A DNA stretch of 62,250 nt, counting the filler, from Circinaria calcarea (taxonomy: Eukaryota): assembly GCA_051942165.1 (NCBI GenBank). It is 8 parts of 8 records of this genome, joined end to end, with 100 filler letters (N's around TTAATTAATTAA, not from the genome) between each part and the next. Parts side by side here need not be neighbours in the genome. Positions count along the whole stretch, not along the records: positions 1 to 7,703 come from JAVECS010001265.1; positions 7,804 to 15,505 come from JAVECS010001266.1; positions 15,606 to 23,306 come from JAVECS010001267.1; 5 more parts are not named here. One strand, written 5' to 3'. The notes under the pieces were generated by a model, which had not been told where the DNA came from, did no database searches, and worked only from the letters and a program-made list of their open reading frames with translations. Numbering within the stretch: the stretch's first letter is position 1; each line of letters begins with the position of its first letter. This document shows, one piece after another, positions 1 through 17,400 of this stretch. The translations under genes and the position numbers were made by a program.

Positions 1-1
1 G

Positions 2-358
2 CTGGGAGATAAGCAGCCGACCAGTGCTGTCAAAGCGGCAGAGCTTGTCTGGCAACTCGGGCACTGTAGTTTTCCGCCTCTCCGGCTGCTGTTGGGGAGT
101 TACGCAGTTGAGAGTGTAAGAGATCGGTTAAGGACGATTACCGAAGAGATCGAAGATTGGAAACACTTAAGCTTCCCCCCTGCCTCGGATGAGTCTATGA
201 AGCAGGAAGACGAGGAGAAGGAGGTGAAGGAAGAGAAAGAGGATAATGGGAGAGAAGAAGACGAAGATATGGGAGACGACGAAGATAGAGAAGAAAACTA
301 TGGACGAGATGGTTATAGTCTCGAGCACGCGCGGCTTGACGAGCGGATGACTCCTTGA
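2..358 (+). CDS. 3' end of an unknown gene with acidic C-terminal tail (5'-truncated by window edge)
   Basis: Frame open from base 2 to TGA at 356-358; ends in a Glu/Asp-rich tail (EDEEKEVKEEKEDNGREEDEDMGDDEDREEN). No family recognised. Confidence 0.45.
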   Translation: MGDKQPTSAVKAAELVWQLGHCSFPPLRLLLGSYAVESVRDRLRTITEEIEDWKHLSFPPASDESMKQEDEEKEVKEEKEDNGREEDEDMGDDEDREENYGRDGYSLEHARLDERMTP

Positions 359-628
359 GGGAAATACCTATGCAGATGCGTATCTTTGCAAGGAAGCTAT
401 CTTGAATGTTGTATTCATGGAAGCTGTTCACCACTACCACTAGAAGAAGGCTACTCGGAAACACACCTTGCGTCACAAATCTCGTCTGCTATACGCCGTT
501 CAGTCAGATATAAAGCTCCCTAATCCGCAATCCTGGGCTCCGAAACAAGAGCACAAGAAGTTTTTTACTACAATCAGCTTTGAGTTCCATAGGCTCATCA
601 GAGCACTTGGTACCCCCCATACAACTTC

Positions 629-2482
629 CTACCGCTGAAAGGGACAATCACCAAATCTTCCGGTTAGGATGAACGCAGGATCTGACGGACTCGCGGGCAA
701 CGGCCATGTCACTTTCCCATTACTGCCAAGGGACATAAAGACATATGATTTACAGGTACCTGCTATGTGCAGGGGATCGTCAATCAGAGAAGCGAAGACC
801 TGTTTATTCGACCGATTCCCATTCATCCAAGTATCCCAAGCACCTGCAAAGACATCTACCATGAAGCTGTCTCAGTACCTTGTGGGGAAAACGTCTTCCG
901 CCATAGATGTCGGACACCCGAAGCCGGGGTCGTCAACGTGATCCTCTTAAAACCCAGTTTCTTATCGTGTTCCCAAATTTGAACTTGGGACGTGGGATGT
1001 CTTCTCAACAGCGTGCAGCTTACGATTGGTATAAGGACCCTCAATGATGTAGAGCGGTTGATTACGAACATCATGGAACAATTCACAGGGGTCCTGCCTT
1101 TGAGGAGAAACTTTCGAGACCGCCTTCATTCTCGACCACGAATCATGATCACTTCGGTGCACCTTGGGTGCGGTCGATTCGTGCAATCTATCACAGTGCT
1201 GATAAGTCTTTGCCAAATGTCCCTCATGCTTCCCTTTTCCCGAGAAAAAGACACACGAGAGACATGGTGGCCTAAAACTTTCACTGCGGAACTAGTACCT
1301 ACCTCGGACCTAAACTACCGCGGAACAAATCTTTGGGTATGGGATTCTTTGCGTGTATTCCCTGGATGGTTCTACCCACAAAGATGAATGTCCGCATAGA
1401 AGATTTACCGCTACGTCATTGGAGTTCATCAAAGCATCGATTACCCGCCGGACAAACGGGACGCCTGGACTGTCGTTGGCAAGGGGTGTAATCCAGACAT
1501 CCATCTTGCACTCTTGCAAACCTGTCGGAAAACACGTGATGAATCTCTGAAGGTCGTGTATGCGGGGAATGAGATCGGCTTCAATTCGACTACAGTGACC
1601 GCAAATGTTTAACACCAAGTCGTGTGCCTGAAGAGATTGCCGAGATTCTGACAGACGTGGTTCTACATGTCAAGAATATCGAGTGTCACACGAGCCTAGA
1701 CCCAAATCATCTGCTCGACCGGTTCCTCGAGAAGATCTCACGGCCACCACGGACTACAGGATGTGGCTTTACTGTACGGTGAACTCACCTATCGGTCTTA
1801 CTATAAATGACGGGATTAGCTGTACATGAGGGTTTCTTGTATAATTGCTGATTTAACAAGCCTTGACAACGACTCATTCTCCGAACCTGTTTCCAATACC
1901 ATCGTCATGCAATCCGGACGCTTGCTCGGTGAAATGCGGGCTATGTGGTTGTGGAAGGCCATCACGGTTGAGTTTCTAGATGACATGGACTTCAGTCTTT
2001 GGGATCCCAAAGCCATCAGATACCTACCAAAGCGTCTGGGACCCAATGTTTAGCGCGAGACCCACCAGACCGACTTCTTATTCCATCCTGCAGAATACAA
2101 TGGGCTCCTTTCGATCTGGTACACCGAAGGCAAAGAGAGCAGCTATGGTGATGCTTCCAAGGGTAGATGTACCTATCCCAGTGTACATAGTAAACATGAG
2201 CAACCAGCCTGGTTTACGACATCCCTCTGCCCCTGACTGAAACGACACTTTGGTAAACAATGCCCGCTTCGAGGACTAATCCGCAGACAAGTATTCGGGC
2301 GACGACTTCGGAGGAAGCTCAACAGCAATTCAAGATGTCATGAGTCCGTACCTTCTGGGAAATTTGGCATAAGGCGAGTACTCCGACACCCTATCCGAAG
2401 AAGCTTAGGAAGCCATTGAAGCTGTCGAAGCCTCGGAACTTGCCGAGACCGACGGGACTCAAGAGGAGATGTTGTAGAACAT
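629..2482 (-). pseudogene. probable decayed gene of unknown family
   Basis: ORF pieces 629-862, 962-1216, 1310-1618, 2078-2260 and an ATG at 2482 all lie in the same minus frame, separated by scattered stops; intron-like signals near 1790-1820. Confidence 0.3.
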
Positions 2483-4075
2483 GGAGACGCCTGATATTAT
2501 GAAGATAGGGAAATCGCCGCCTACGTTCAAGTGTCCACGTTCGGCAAAGCTGAGAGGGTTCTATATAGATGCATGCACGTAATGAGGGATCGGAAGCTTT
2601 GGGTGGACAATGTACTTCTAGCGTGCCAGTGAATCATGCTCACAATAAGAATTTAGACTTAAAGATTAGCATCAGGAGCTATCCCTTGGCTACATCTCTG
2701 CATCCAACAGTAGAACAAACAAGTGAAGTCAAACACCTGAGACACAAAGTCCACGGTCAATTTGAAACGTAACAGAATCGCATACATTTAACTACATCGT
2801 ACTTTGGCTCTATGGTCTTTATTTAGGGTAGGAAAACATCGAGCCAACAATGCTCGATATGCGTGGAGCTGATGCCGCCAAGCATCCTTTCAATCCCTCT
2901 TACCTTCCGTCACCCAACCGATAATAATGCATTACTCTCTTCCACCGATGGAAGTCTCTGAAACTAGTAACGTGTGAGGACACGTCTCGATGTTTGTTCT
3001 CGGGGAATTCCAACATGGCGGTAGGGCTATGTATGGCTGTTGGAAACGTTTGTTCTCTCATCATATGAGCCGAGTGCGTATCTGTCCTTTCTTCCAACGC
3101 TCCAAGTGCTGTGCGGTAGATAATGATAAAGTGGGAGGATGGTTGGATCGTGCTTGACAGTCCATTCGAACCGGTCAGAGGCGTTACGCCGGGATTTTCA
3201 AACACGGCGGTTATGGTGGGAGGTTTCGAGTTTTACGCTTGACGAGAGATTTTCCGCTCTCTGGTTGGGGAATAAGTTGTACCTGGCCGCCTGATGCAGA
3301 CTCTCACAAAAGCCCCGAAGATTGACGAATCATCGGAACTGGCGATAGTGGTGGCAGTCAATCGACGGGGAATCCATTATGATGATGTACAGCCACAGCC
3401 ACAGCCGAGAGAGGACTCTCGCCACGCGATTCGAGGTATTCGGACCCGGACCCTTGCAGGTGGACAGCTGTGAAACACAATGCATTTCATTTCATTCCAC
3501 CTTTTCTTGTTGCGAAATCATAGAAGGCACGATGGCTACCTACTGCTATTCATCTGGCCCAAAGAGTAGTCGTGAGGCACTGATCGAGGGATCTTCAATG
3601 AGCTCCCAAGACGTCATGTCCAATAACGATGATTGCATGTCAATATGTACCCTTCCCAGATTGGCGCCAACAACCCCTGAACGGGACAAATCCTGTACAT
3701 TCTCCTCACATACGAAGACCGACTCCCACAGTTACCAACTCGGCGCTTACCGCTCATCCTCTGCTAACCACAGCCAGATCTTCCCGTGCTTGGATTGCGC
3801 CCTCAGCAAGCCGCTGCAAAACTTCTCTCGCTCCAGTTTTCTTTTTCCGCATTTGGACTTTGGATGCACGTCAGGTCTTGGCCACCAACTTTTCGCTTTC
3901 GAACACTTTGATAGTCCCGAATCTTCAAACAGTATACGCTTCACCTTCACCTTCTCTACTTTAAGCACCCAGCGAACCCCTTTACGTGGTTAATCACCGC
4001 AACTCCTTTCTTCGCCACGCTCGACAATCGGTCCCCGGCATCGCCACACGTCGATCTCAATAATATCATTTTAGC

Positions 4076-5655
4076 ATGAAAGGCATTGCCGTTGCAGCTG
4101 TTGCAGCTGGATTGCTTGTCACGGCATCGGAGGCGATACAACTGGTGAAGAGGGATATACCGTCCGTGGTTGCTATTGGGATACAACGGAAATCAGTCGA
4201 CAATCCCGTCGCGAGGGACCGTATTCGTCGAAGAGCCGGCAAGACCGTCAGCCAGACACTCGATAACTACCAGGTAAGGGGACGCTTCGTTCACACAGGA
4301 TTCTTGTCAAATCTAACGCAGCTCAGAGTGGAAGTCTGTACTTTGCCAATGTGACGCTTGGCACACCACCTCAAAACCTCCGTTTTCACATCGATACCGG
4401 CAGTAGCGATCTTTGGACTAATTCGGTAAATTCGGAATTATGCCAACTCAGTCCAGAAGAAGCCGAGGCTCAAGATTTTGAATCCTGCTCCGTTTCCGGT
4501 ACCTACAACGCCAACGCCTCTTCGACGTATCAGTATCTTGATAGCAATTTCCTCATACGATATGCGGACAGATCCGGCGCCCAGGGTGACTATGTTACTG
4601 ATACACTTCGAATTGGGGGCAGCACCCTTACGAAACTGCAGCTGGCCGTCGGCTACAATTCCACGTCGTCGGAAGGAGTTATGGGCATCGGGTACCCTGC
4701 TCTTGAAGTACAAGCGGTGAATAACGGTGACCAACCATATGCCAACATCCCCCAAGCCATGGTTGAGCAGGGGTTGATTCAATCCAATGCTTACAGCCTA
4801 TGGCTTGACGACTTGGCGTCTAGTTCCGGGTCTATCCTGTTTGGCGGTGTGGATACCGACAAGTATCACGGTTCTCTATCCACCTTGCCGATCCAGCCAG
4901 AAGAAGGTGCATATCTGGAAATGATTGTTACTTTGACCGGTGTCAGTCTTACCCAGAACGGGAAGAATACGTCGATGGCAACAACCGAACTTCCAACCGG
5001 CGTCCTTTTGGACTCCGGTAGTACCTTGTCTTACATGCCTGCTACTCTAGCCCAGAATCTGTACAAGGCTCTTAATGTACAATACAGTTCAAGGGCACGA
5101 CGGGCGTTCTGCGATTGCTCGTTGGCACAATCTACCGCCACCATCGATTTCAGCTTCTCCGGGGCGGTCATCTCCGTCCCTCTGAGAGAGATGGTGTTGC
5201 AGGGCGGGGCAGATGCGCAGACATTGTCTGGCTCCTTGGGCTGCACCTTTGGAATTGCAGCCATACCAGCGTCGAGTAGCGGAGGCGGCACCTTCACTTT
5301 GGGGGATACCTTCCTCCGAAGTGCTTACGTTGTCTATGACATCGCAAACAACGAGATTTCCCTCGCCCCGACAAACTTCAACTCCGTGAAGACCAATGTA
5401 ATGGAGATTGGCACCGGTGCTAACAGTGTACCGGATGCGTCTGGTATTGCCAGCGCTGTCAGCGTGGCAGTCACGGGCACAGCTACCAAGGTCAACGGTG
5501 GTCTTACCGCCACCGGTACTGTGACCCTGGGCTCCGGCGCAGCTGCGACTGCTGCGGCATCTCGATCCCGTGGGCCCTCGTCAATAGGTCGGATATCGCT
5601 TGCAGCGGCAGCTGGTGCTTTGGGTGGCGGGTTGCTCGGGCTATTGGCTCTGTAA
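4076..5655 (+). CDS. opsB: GPI-anchored aspartic endopeptidase (pepsin family A1, OpsB/yapsin-like)
   Basis: Signal peptide MKGIAVAAVAAGLLV; intron 4274-4326 (GTAAG...CTAAC...CAG) joins TLDNYQ to SGSLYFANVTLGTPPQ; catalytic DTGSSDLW and LLDSGST; LGDTFLRSAYVVYD; Ser/Thr/Ala linker and hydrophobic C-terminal GPI signal. Confidence 0.92.
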
Positions 5656-6491
5656 ATGGAGAGGCTTTTTTTGCTGAGCGTTTTGCCCACATCTTCGGCC
5701 TTGTTTAGCGTTGCATTGGGCCGGTGTCCGGGAGAATGTTTTGTGAGATGAACAAAGCATAACTTCATATATAGCATGCACTTTTCTATAGTGGCTTGTG
5801 TCAAATATTCCACTTCTGGACTACTCTCAGATAAGAAGAATCTGATTTCAACACACTCCAGGTTATTCTGGAAGCCAGTTTCATGGCCTTACAATTTATA
5901 CGCTGTCCCACCAGCTTTGCTTGATCACTATGCTAGTCGTTGTATTGCCTCCGCATTGAAGCGAACTAATTTGGAGGCCAGCGGATCTCTGGAAGGATCA
6001 AGTTTTGTGTCACGTGGGAACCACAATCGGCTTGATTTACCTACTATAGGGTACCCTCTTTACAAATGGATTTCATCCCACATACAAACCAGGCTGTACT
6101 ATACTCAAATTCATCAACCAAAAGTTCTGCTCAAAAACTGCAATAGATGTGAATGGTATTTTTGGAATTGCCCTTCTGGTTATATCCGATCTTACGTGTG
6201 TCTTTTTACTTTCTTCTTTGCCTGTTCTCGAGTACCTAAGCTTTAGCCACCCGTTTGAAAGCTTCTTGGTTTCTTAGCGAAAGTCCGTTTTCGCTAGGAT
6301 TACGCTTTTCAGGCTGGGGCTGTTCTAATGCCTTCTTAAAAAACCGGGTAAGGGATCGATGGGCTTCACGTTAACCTAATCTATATTATGGCAAAAGGCA
6401 AACTTCTCCTACAGTGTACTGGGAGCAATTGCAATCGAGATTTGTTCGCTCCTCGGGCCGCTCTCTCCACCTAGCACGCAGGCCCTGCAAG

Positions 6492-7380
6492 TCAGGCAAG
6501 AAAAATGTTTCTCTCTCCATACGGGTTGGGCAATTCGAGCCGAACCCTTACCGCGTTTTTGGCTACCACCATGTGTCTTAGATGTGCACTTGTTGTGAGG
6601 ATTCGTTTCTCCTGCCTATATATGTCTAGTCGCCATTCCCTCAGTTCCTCACGTCTTTCCTCATTGTTAACCGCCTCTTCTTCCATACTACATTTCGCCA
6701 AACCCTTCAAGACTGTCGGTAGCCCAATAAAGCCTTTGGCTTTCTTGAGATTTGTAGGTAACTCCCCATACACAACGGACTGAATACCTAAGCTATACCA
6801 ACCATGATCACCGTTATGCATTGGTCCTTTACGTGTAGGTAGTTATTCAATACCAAGCTTTTTCAGTCTCACTTTCCCCTTGAGAGCTAGGACCTCATTA
6901 GTTTCATCCTTAGTTATACTCATTCTCCTTGTCAACCATTTCAACCTGTATCTGTTAGCGCCGGTCATCCATCTGCAAACTTGTTTTACGGATACCGCTG
7001 CCCACAAAGCAATGTTGTCGAAGTGACTGGCATCGCCGAGCGGCAAGGTATCGACGATGGAATGTGATAATGCTGGTAGATACAATAGCTGTCGAATCTC
7101 TATGGGATTCGGCTGTGATCAAAGCAATCTCGAATATGACACTTGAAACCAGCGTCGTTGGGAGGTGTTTGATTGTAAGGAAAGGCCTGATCCTCCGTGT
7201 GGCCACCCTGAAATCTGCTTGGGCGGATTTATAGCGCTGGCAATTTAAAATTCCAAAAACTCCTCAGTTGCAACGAGTTGTTCACCGGTTACCATACCCA
7301 AAGACCTGGTCGTTCGTGACAAAGATCTCGACGAAGTGTCTGAAGTTGCCGAAGTATATATCATGCAAAGTAGTATGATG
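6492..7380 (-). pseudogene. possible degenerate coding or transposon relic
   Basis: Overlapping protein-like ORF fragments in shifting minus frames (6492-6821, 6843-7085, 6955-7206) next to a contig end with a poly-G run; no family recognised. Confidence 0.2.
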
Positions 7381-7703
7381 CAGGGCAACCCCGAGTCTCA
7401 GGGGGAGTCGCCAAGCTTTCCGGGGGGGGGGGGCGTCCGGTATTTAAATTTTACCCCGGGATATAATAAAAACTAGGCGTATTCGCCCTGAGTCAGGCGG
7501 CCTTGAATGTTAAGATCGGCTCGAATTAGTGTATGAATAACGTGAATTCGAAAGAATATGCTAAATATAGATGGAATGGCTTTATGCAAACGGAGCGGCA
7601 CACTCACCCCCCCGCTTTGCCAACGCGGGGTAAGAAGAATGAATAGCAGACGGAGGCCCCCCAAGTCTTTTTGCCTTCTGCATTGCTATTATTCTTCGCA
7701 TAT

Positions 7704-7803
7704 NNNNNNNNNNNNNNNNNNNNNNNNNNNNNNNNNNNNNNNNNNNNTTAATTAATTAANNNNNNNNNNNNNNNNNNNNNNNNNNNNNNNNNNNNNNNNN
7801 NNN
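7704..7803. other. artificial contig-joining spacer
   Basis: 44 N + TTAATTAATTAA (stops in all six frames) + 44 N. Confidence 0.99.
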
Positions 7804-7856
7804 GCTTAAACCCCCCCCCTCCCAAAAAAAAAACAAAAAAGAAACCCCAAACTCAC

Positions 7857-8792
7857 CTTTCCTCGCTCCCTGAAAGAAGAACCTCACGATAAACACTTGC
7901 AAGCCGGCCATGCAAACCATCAGCGCGCTCTCGACGACGCTAAAGTTGAAGATGCGTTGCTCGGTGGAGCGGACGGTGCTGAAGTTGCGGTTCTCGCGCG
8001 TGCGAAAGTACTTTTGGTTGCGGTTAATCGTCGACAGCTGGCCGGACAGTTTGAAGAGCGATTCCTCGAGCACCGACGTCTGTTCGGGCGAAGAACCTTT
8101 TTTCGACGGCAGTTGGGTGCGGACTTCGTTTTCAACCTAAAGCGGGGTGGATCAAAGGGTCAGTAAAGAAAGAGATGGAGCAATTGAAAAGTAGCAAAGG
8201 GGGAAGGGGGGGCCAGGAGGAAAGGTTTCGGGAGAAAGGAGAAGAGAGCCAAAACGGGGGGCCTTTGATAGAGATGACATGTTACAGAGCTTGTCGAAAA
8301 ACCCCGGGCGGTGGGGAGCAAAAAAAGGGAGGTTCAAGTCCGACGACCTACCGCAATCTCAAAATCCACCATCTTGTCCTGAAACGTCGACATCTCGTTG
8401 TTGAAGCACACGCGGTACTCGCCCACCTCTTGCGCCGTGAAGACAAAGTCGCCCTGGCGCTCGCGCTCGTTGGCCATGATCAGTTTGTCATTGGGGCCGA
8501 CGACGCTGTAGTCGATGTCAAAGGACCCGCCGGATTGGACCTGCGCGAATGTCTCTCAGCGACTGCCATTTCCAGGCCCCCCTTGTTTTCCGAGGTCGGA
8601 AAAAGCTGGCTGGCTGGGGTACTGGGAAAAGGGACTCACGGCGAAGTAAAAGGCAACCTTGGCATTCTTTTGCTCCACGTAGGTGAAGAAGCAGGCTTTT
8701 TCATTCGGGGCGAGTCTATACGTGAGAGCTGTCGTAGATACCAGGGAGACTGTATAGGCCAAGATGCCGCATATGATCATAGGTAATCGCAT
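7857..8792 (-). CDS. emp24/gp25L/p24 family cargo receptor (Erp3-like), last exon lost at contig end
   Basis: Exons 8792-8640, 8540-8352, 8136-7857 with GT-AG introns: signal peptide, GOLD domain (ACFFTY...FYFAVQSGGSFDIDY...GEYRVCFNNEMST), coiled coil YFRTRENRNFSTVRSTE, TM helix and FFQGARKG tail. Confidence 0.92.
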
Positions 8793-9124
8793 GTTGGCGC
8801 GTGTCTTTGGTGAGAAGAGGGAGCCTACAAAGAGACGCTGTAAAGATTTATGCAAGGTATCCAGGTCTTGGCATTTTTTAATCCCATCTTTGCACAAGTC
8901 GGTTACCCACTTCTAGTCACTTATATTGAGACCACGGTAAGGGCAAGGTTTATCTGATAATAAGAGTACACGCAACCACTGTCTTCCAAGGTTACTTTCC
9001 TTGTTCTAGGTATGCGTGCAGCAGTGATATCATAACACAGATTTTCCTATCCCCCATCCTCATGCCACTGCCGCATTCTAACTCCAATATGCAACTGATG
9101 GACTACCGACCCTAATTACTATAC

Positions 9125-13174
<4,050 letters not shown>

Positions 13175-14042
13175 TTTGTGAGGAGTGCGTACTCCCAAGA
13201 GTTCACGAGACTTTCGAAATTTTTCGACCTGATCTGGGAGTGAATGGATGTTTTTCAGGCGTTATATTGAGAGGGTCACATGGGGCCTACGATTGTAGTT
13301 TGAGTGTGCGCAAAGTCTGAGCGTCTTAAAACCCCGTTTACCGCTTCTAGGGCCGTCGATAAAATAAGGCGCAGGAGGTGGTAGATATGATGACGAAGAG
13401 AGGCGGAAGGAATGCTCCCGGTGAGTCTCGCCGGGTGGGAGAGTGAATGGCACGTTGAACAATTCGAGCCAGACGATAGTGAAGAAAAGAGTCGGTCAAT
13501 CTAAATCCTCACAGTTCTCTGTCTCGGGCAAGACCAAGAGGTACACGCTGGATTGTCGGCACGTTCGTCATCGGCTCGTCAAAGCAGCAAGACACCGAGG
13601 GGACTATAGATAGGTATTCTACATACTCTGTGCGCAAACGGGATCCCGGCTTAACATTCTCTATGCTGGTTATCCCGAGTCAAAGCTTCAGGAAATGGAC
13701 CTCGTTGCAGGCCGATCTACTATGCGACAGGAGGTTGTCAGCCTATATAAAAGCAATTCAAGTTACGTGCGGGGAAGATAGATTTTCTCAATGTTCGATC
13801 GCATGTACATTTACAACCGGTCCTGCCTAGAATATCTGGTTTGCGGGGCCAGCAGACTCCAACGCCCAGCCCAAGCGTCCGCATGCTCTACACCAACTCC
13901 AATTGGGCAGACAATTGGGCAGAACAATTGATGTAAAGTTCATTTAGGATGAAGTATCGACCCTAGTTGCGAAAGTTTGGTCTTCTCGAGTTCTTAGATA
14001 CCGGCCAAGCCGATTCTCCTCCATCCGCATGGCAGTTCTGAG

Positions 14043-15505
14043 ATGCTACACTCCAAACCCAGGCGCGTCGAGCCAAATGCCTGGGCCAGAAAGGCCGGTG
14101 GTTCCCATAGTCTGACGTCTGCAGCACCTCCATGGCGACCGGCTGCGATCCTGGACGAGTAGGTACCATCCTCCCAGAGCCGTGTGTGTGACACAGCTCT
14201 AATGCCTGGCAACTAGATGGGTGCAAAAGGAAGCCAGGCCCATCAGCCTACGCCAATTGACCTTCTTCGGGAGGACCTTGACTGAGAATCGGCTGAAGAG
14301 TTCCGCCAACTACGTGCGGACGGAGCTTCCGACGAGGTCAACCTCTGTCGTATGCCCTAGCCTTTCCACACACTAACCTGACGACAGACTTGCTCATCGG
14401 CTCCGTGACATGCAAACATTGCCCTATGTGGTGGTAACCAACTCCCACATGTCGCACGTCTACGAGCTTTACTATAAAGCTTTCGAAACGTTGCGGAGGG
14501 TTCGAGAGATCAAGACGGTCGAAGACAACGATAGATACTGTGCAGTTATCAGCGAAACTCTTCGGGAGCATTTGACCGTCATACCTAGACTCGCAATGGG
14601 CGTGTTGGAGTGTCAGCATCTCATGCGCCCAGAGGATATGGACAAGTTCATGAACACGCTCCTCCGATCTGTTTGAACCCCTTCCACACCTCTTGAAATC
14701 TGACTGATCTGTTCCCCAGCGCATTTCTCGTCGAGTCATAGCCGAACAGCACCTTGCGTTAACCGAGACGTTTAATTCACCATGGCACTTTCCTGACGTC
14801 AAGAACGACCTCGAATCCAATGCCGACTTTGTGGGGGAGGTCTTCTTGCGGTGCAATGCGCGCGAAGTGGTGGAGAGCTGTGCGCGGATGGCACAGAAGC
14901 TGGCCATGCAGGCAAACGCTTCGAATGATATGATACCCAAGATTACCATCAATGGCCACCTCGACGCCACCTTCCCGTATATCTTAAGCCATCTAGAATA
15001 CATCGTTGGTGAACTACTCCGTAACTCTATACAGGCTGTGATAGAGCGGTTCAAGGACTCGCCCGGCAAACCACCGCCGATAGACGTTCTCATTTGCGAA
15101 GCTCCTCAGCATGTGATCATTAGGATCTCCGATCAAGGTGGTGGAGTTGCAAGAGAGCTTTTGCCGTACCTGTGGTCGTTTAGTAAAGGACCGTACAGCG
15201 AGACCCGCCTGAGGAATCTGAACCAAGTCCCCAAAATGGCTGCGACCATGCAAGAGTTAAAGTGTCCGGAACCAGCAACGCTCGAGTCTGCTACCAAAGC
15301 TCTTCATGTTAACAACAAGCCTGCACAAGTCAACTCACTGAGCTCGCTCACCTCGCGCCCACCAGATTTGAAACTCGGCATGGGCCTGCCAATGAGCAGA
15401 GTCTATGCAGAATACTGGGCTGGAAGCTTGGAACTCCATAGCTTGGAAGGCTATGGGGTCGATGCCTTCCTCCAGATTTCCAAACTTGGCAATAAGAACG
15501 AGCAA
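14043..15505 (+). CDS. mitochondrial pyruvate/branched-chain alpha-ketoacid dehydrogenase kinase (3'-truncated)
   Basis: WRPAAILDE|WVQKEARPISLRQLTFFG; ELPTR|LAHRLRDMQTLP; RISRRVIAEQHLAL; GHKL motifs ELLRNSIQA, IRISDQGGGV, LGMGLPMSRVYAEYWAG; three introns; runs into spacer. Confidence 0.93.
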
Positions 15506-15605
15506 NNNNNNNNNNNNNNNNNNNNNNNNNNNNNNNNNNNNNNNNNNNNTTAATTAATTAANNNNNNNNNNNNNNNNNNNNNNNNNNNNNNNNNNNNNNN
15601 NNNNN
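15506..15605. other. artificial contig-joining spacer
   Basis: N44-TTAATTAATTAA-N44. Confidence 0.99.
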
Positions 15606-16193
15606 GGGGAAGGCAACTAAATCGCAAGAAAGAAAAACCCCCGGGGTATGGGGGTGATGGCAACCCCCCCTTTGTAATCTTCCAATTTTCGTAGAAAAGC
15701 TATTTACAAATTCGTATATCAAACGGAGGTTTATCAAAACGCGGAAATGCAAAGAGGGACAAACACCCTCCAACACTCTCGGGTTGTCACTGTTGGATAT
15801 CTATTACATTACTCTACATCGTGTAGAGTACAAGCGCTACTCCTTATCTCCACCCTCCCCGCCCGTGTTTGATGTCCGCATGCCTGCATCAGATCCTGGA
15901 TGCGAGTCCAAGGGTGAGAATGTCATGCTATAAGAAAATTTATGGTGAAAAATGCCGGGATATATTAGTACAGCGAAGAAGAAGATTGAGGGCGAGTTAC
16001 ATAGAGGTATGTCGAGGTCTCCAACCTCTCGGCTTCTAGTGTGTCCGTATTCATGACGCTACGCCCGAGGGGAGAGAACGTTAGAATGTTAACCCTGACT
16101 ACCCGTAGATTTCACCTTGGCAGAAGGCTACAAAGCAAAGGGTGTCGCCAACGACCGTGGAATAGCCATGCAATCAGCCTGCAAGGAAAAGCC

Positions 16194-17400
16194 TTATGCT
16201 TTCCTCGACCTTGTGCTAGGACCATTGGATATCCTTCCAGACGCATTAGCATCTCCATTGGACTTGATCGCTCGGTTGCCATGACTGGTAGAATCCACTG
16301 TGGGAACCTCCAACCTACTCATGTCTATCACGGCTTTCTTAGCAGTTCCACTCCTCTTTCGACCTTTTTGGCCGGTTTTCTTGTAGGTTGCCAGGTAAAA
16401 GGAGATGAAGAGTAACAGGTAGGAACTGAGTATGGTCATCCCGGCGACAGCGGCAAACTCCTCGCCAGCGCATTCACCGGCATTCAGGACCCATGGAAAG
16501 TATGTGGAGGTATAGTATGTGTAAGATGCAAAGTATACGAAGCCTGCCAGTTCGTTGGTAAGCGTTCAATGGTGAATAGAATCGTCTTTATAAACGCTTA
16601 CCAAGGTCAACTATAAATTGAAGAATTTGAAGGCGCGTGATCCATTCCTTCCACCAGATGCGAATGCCTCGTGCGCTTTGAAAATAGTACCAGTACATGA
16701 CAACATGGACGAGAAGGTTGAATGTGATGGGAACCCAAGAAACAGGGGTCAGGCCGGCGAGTTGCGTGTAGCACAAAAGGGCGGTGGCTCCGTGGTGATA
16801 AGTGTGCAGGAAGGCTATTACGGTCAGCCACGGTCCTTAGCATAAGCGGTCAGTGATCTTACTGAGGGGTTTCTTCTTCAGAACAAGAAACACAGTATCA
16901 ATCAATTCAATGTACTTGGTAATGTAATTAAGCTGATATCTCGTTAGCCCCATAGCTTCGCATCCTCCCAGTCTCCAACCTACATAATATAACGTAACCA
17001 GTTTGTGCGTCCACCCTCCGTTGTGATCGCAGATCGCATAAAAGATCCCATGCCTCCAAACCGTGGGGAGTAGCTGCTCGATGAAAAGCGCAAGCAGACC
17101 TCCACTGATTATTGTCAGATAGAGATTGTGTAATATGAACAAGCCATTGAGCTTGAAGGCAGGTCGACTCTTCATCAATTCTCTCCCACCAAGAACGATA
17201 ATGTAGTATGATGACAGAACTGCCACCGTCTCCTTCAGCGTCGATATCGGAGTCGTACCCGGTATGAACCGGAAGTCCTGTGGGGTAAAGGTTCGGAAGG
17301 TTGTCCATAGCTTCTCGAAGATTGGCCATACTTCAATCGCGAAAGGTCGATCGAGAGTCGGAAGAGGAAAAGGCACGGATTTCAGCGCGCCGGAGGCCAT
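16194..17400 (-). CDS. very-long-chain fatty acid elongase (GNS1/SUR4/ELO family)
   Basis: Multi-[26 protein letters not shown] histidine box, [23 protein letters not shown]; three introns; basic C-terminus TRSRKA. Confidence 0.95.

Noticed and set aside
3379..3993. 204-aa ORF upstream of the protease
   Set aside because: Ser/Phe/Cys-rich, no motif, overlaps a pyrimidine-rich probable promoter/5' UTR; likely spurious.
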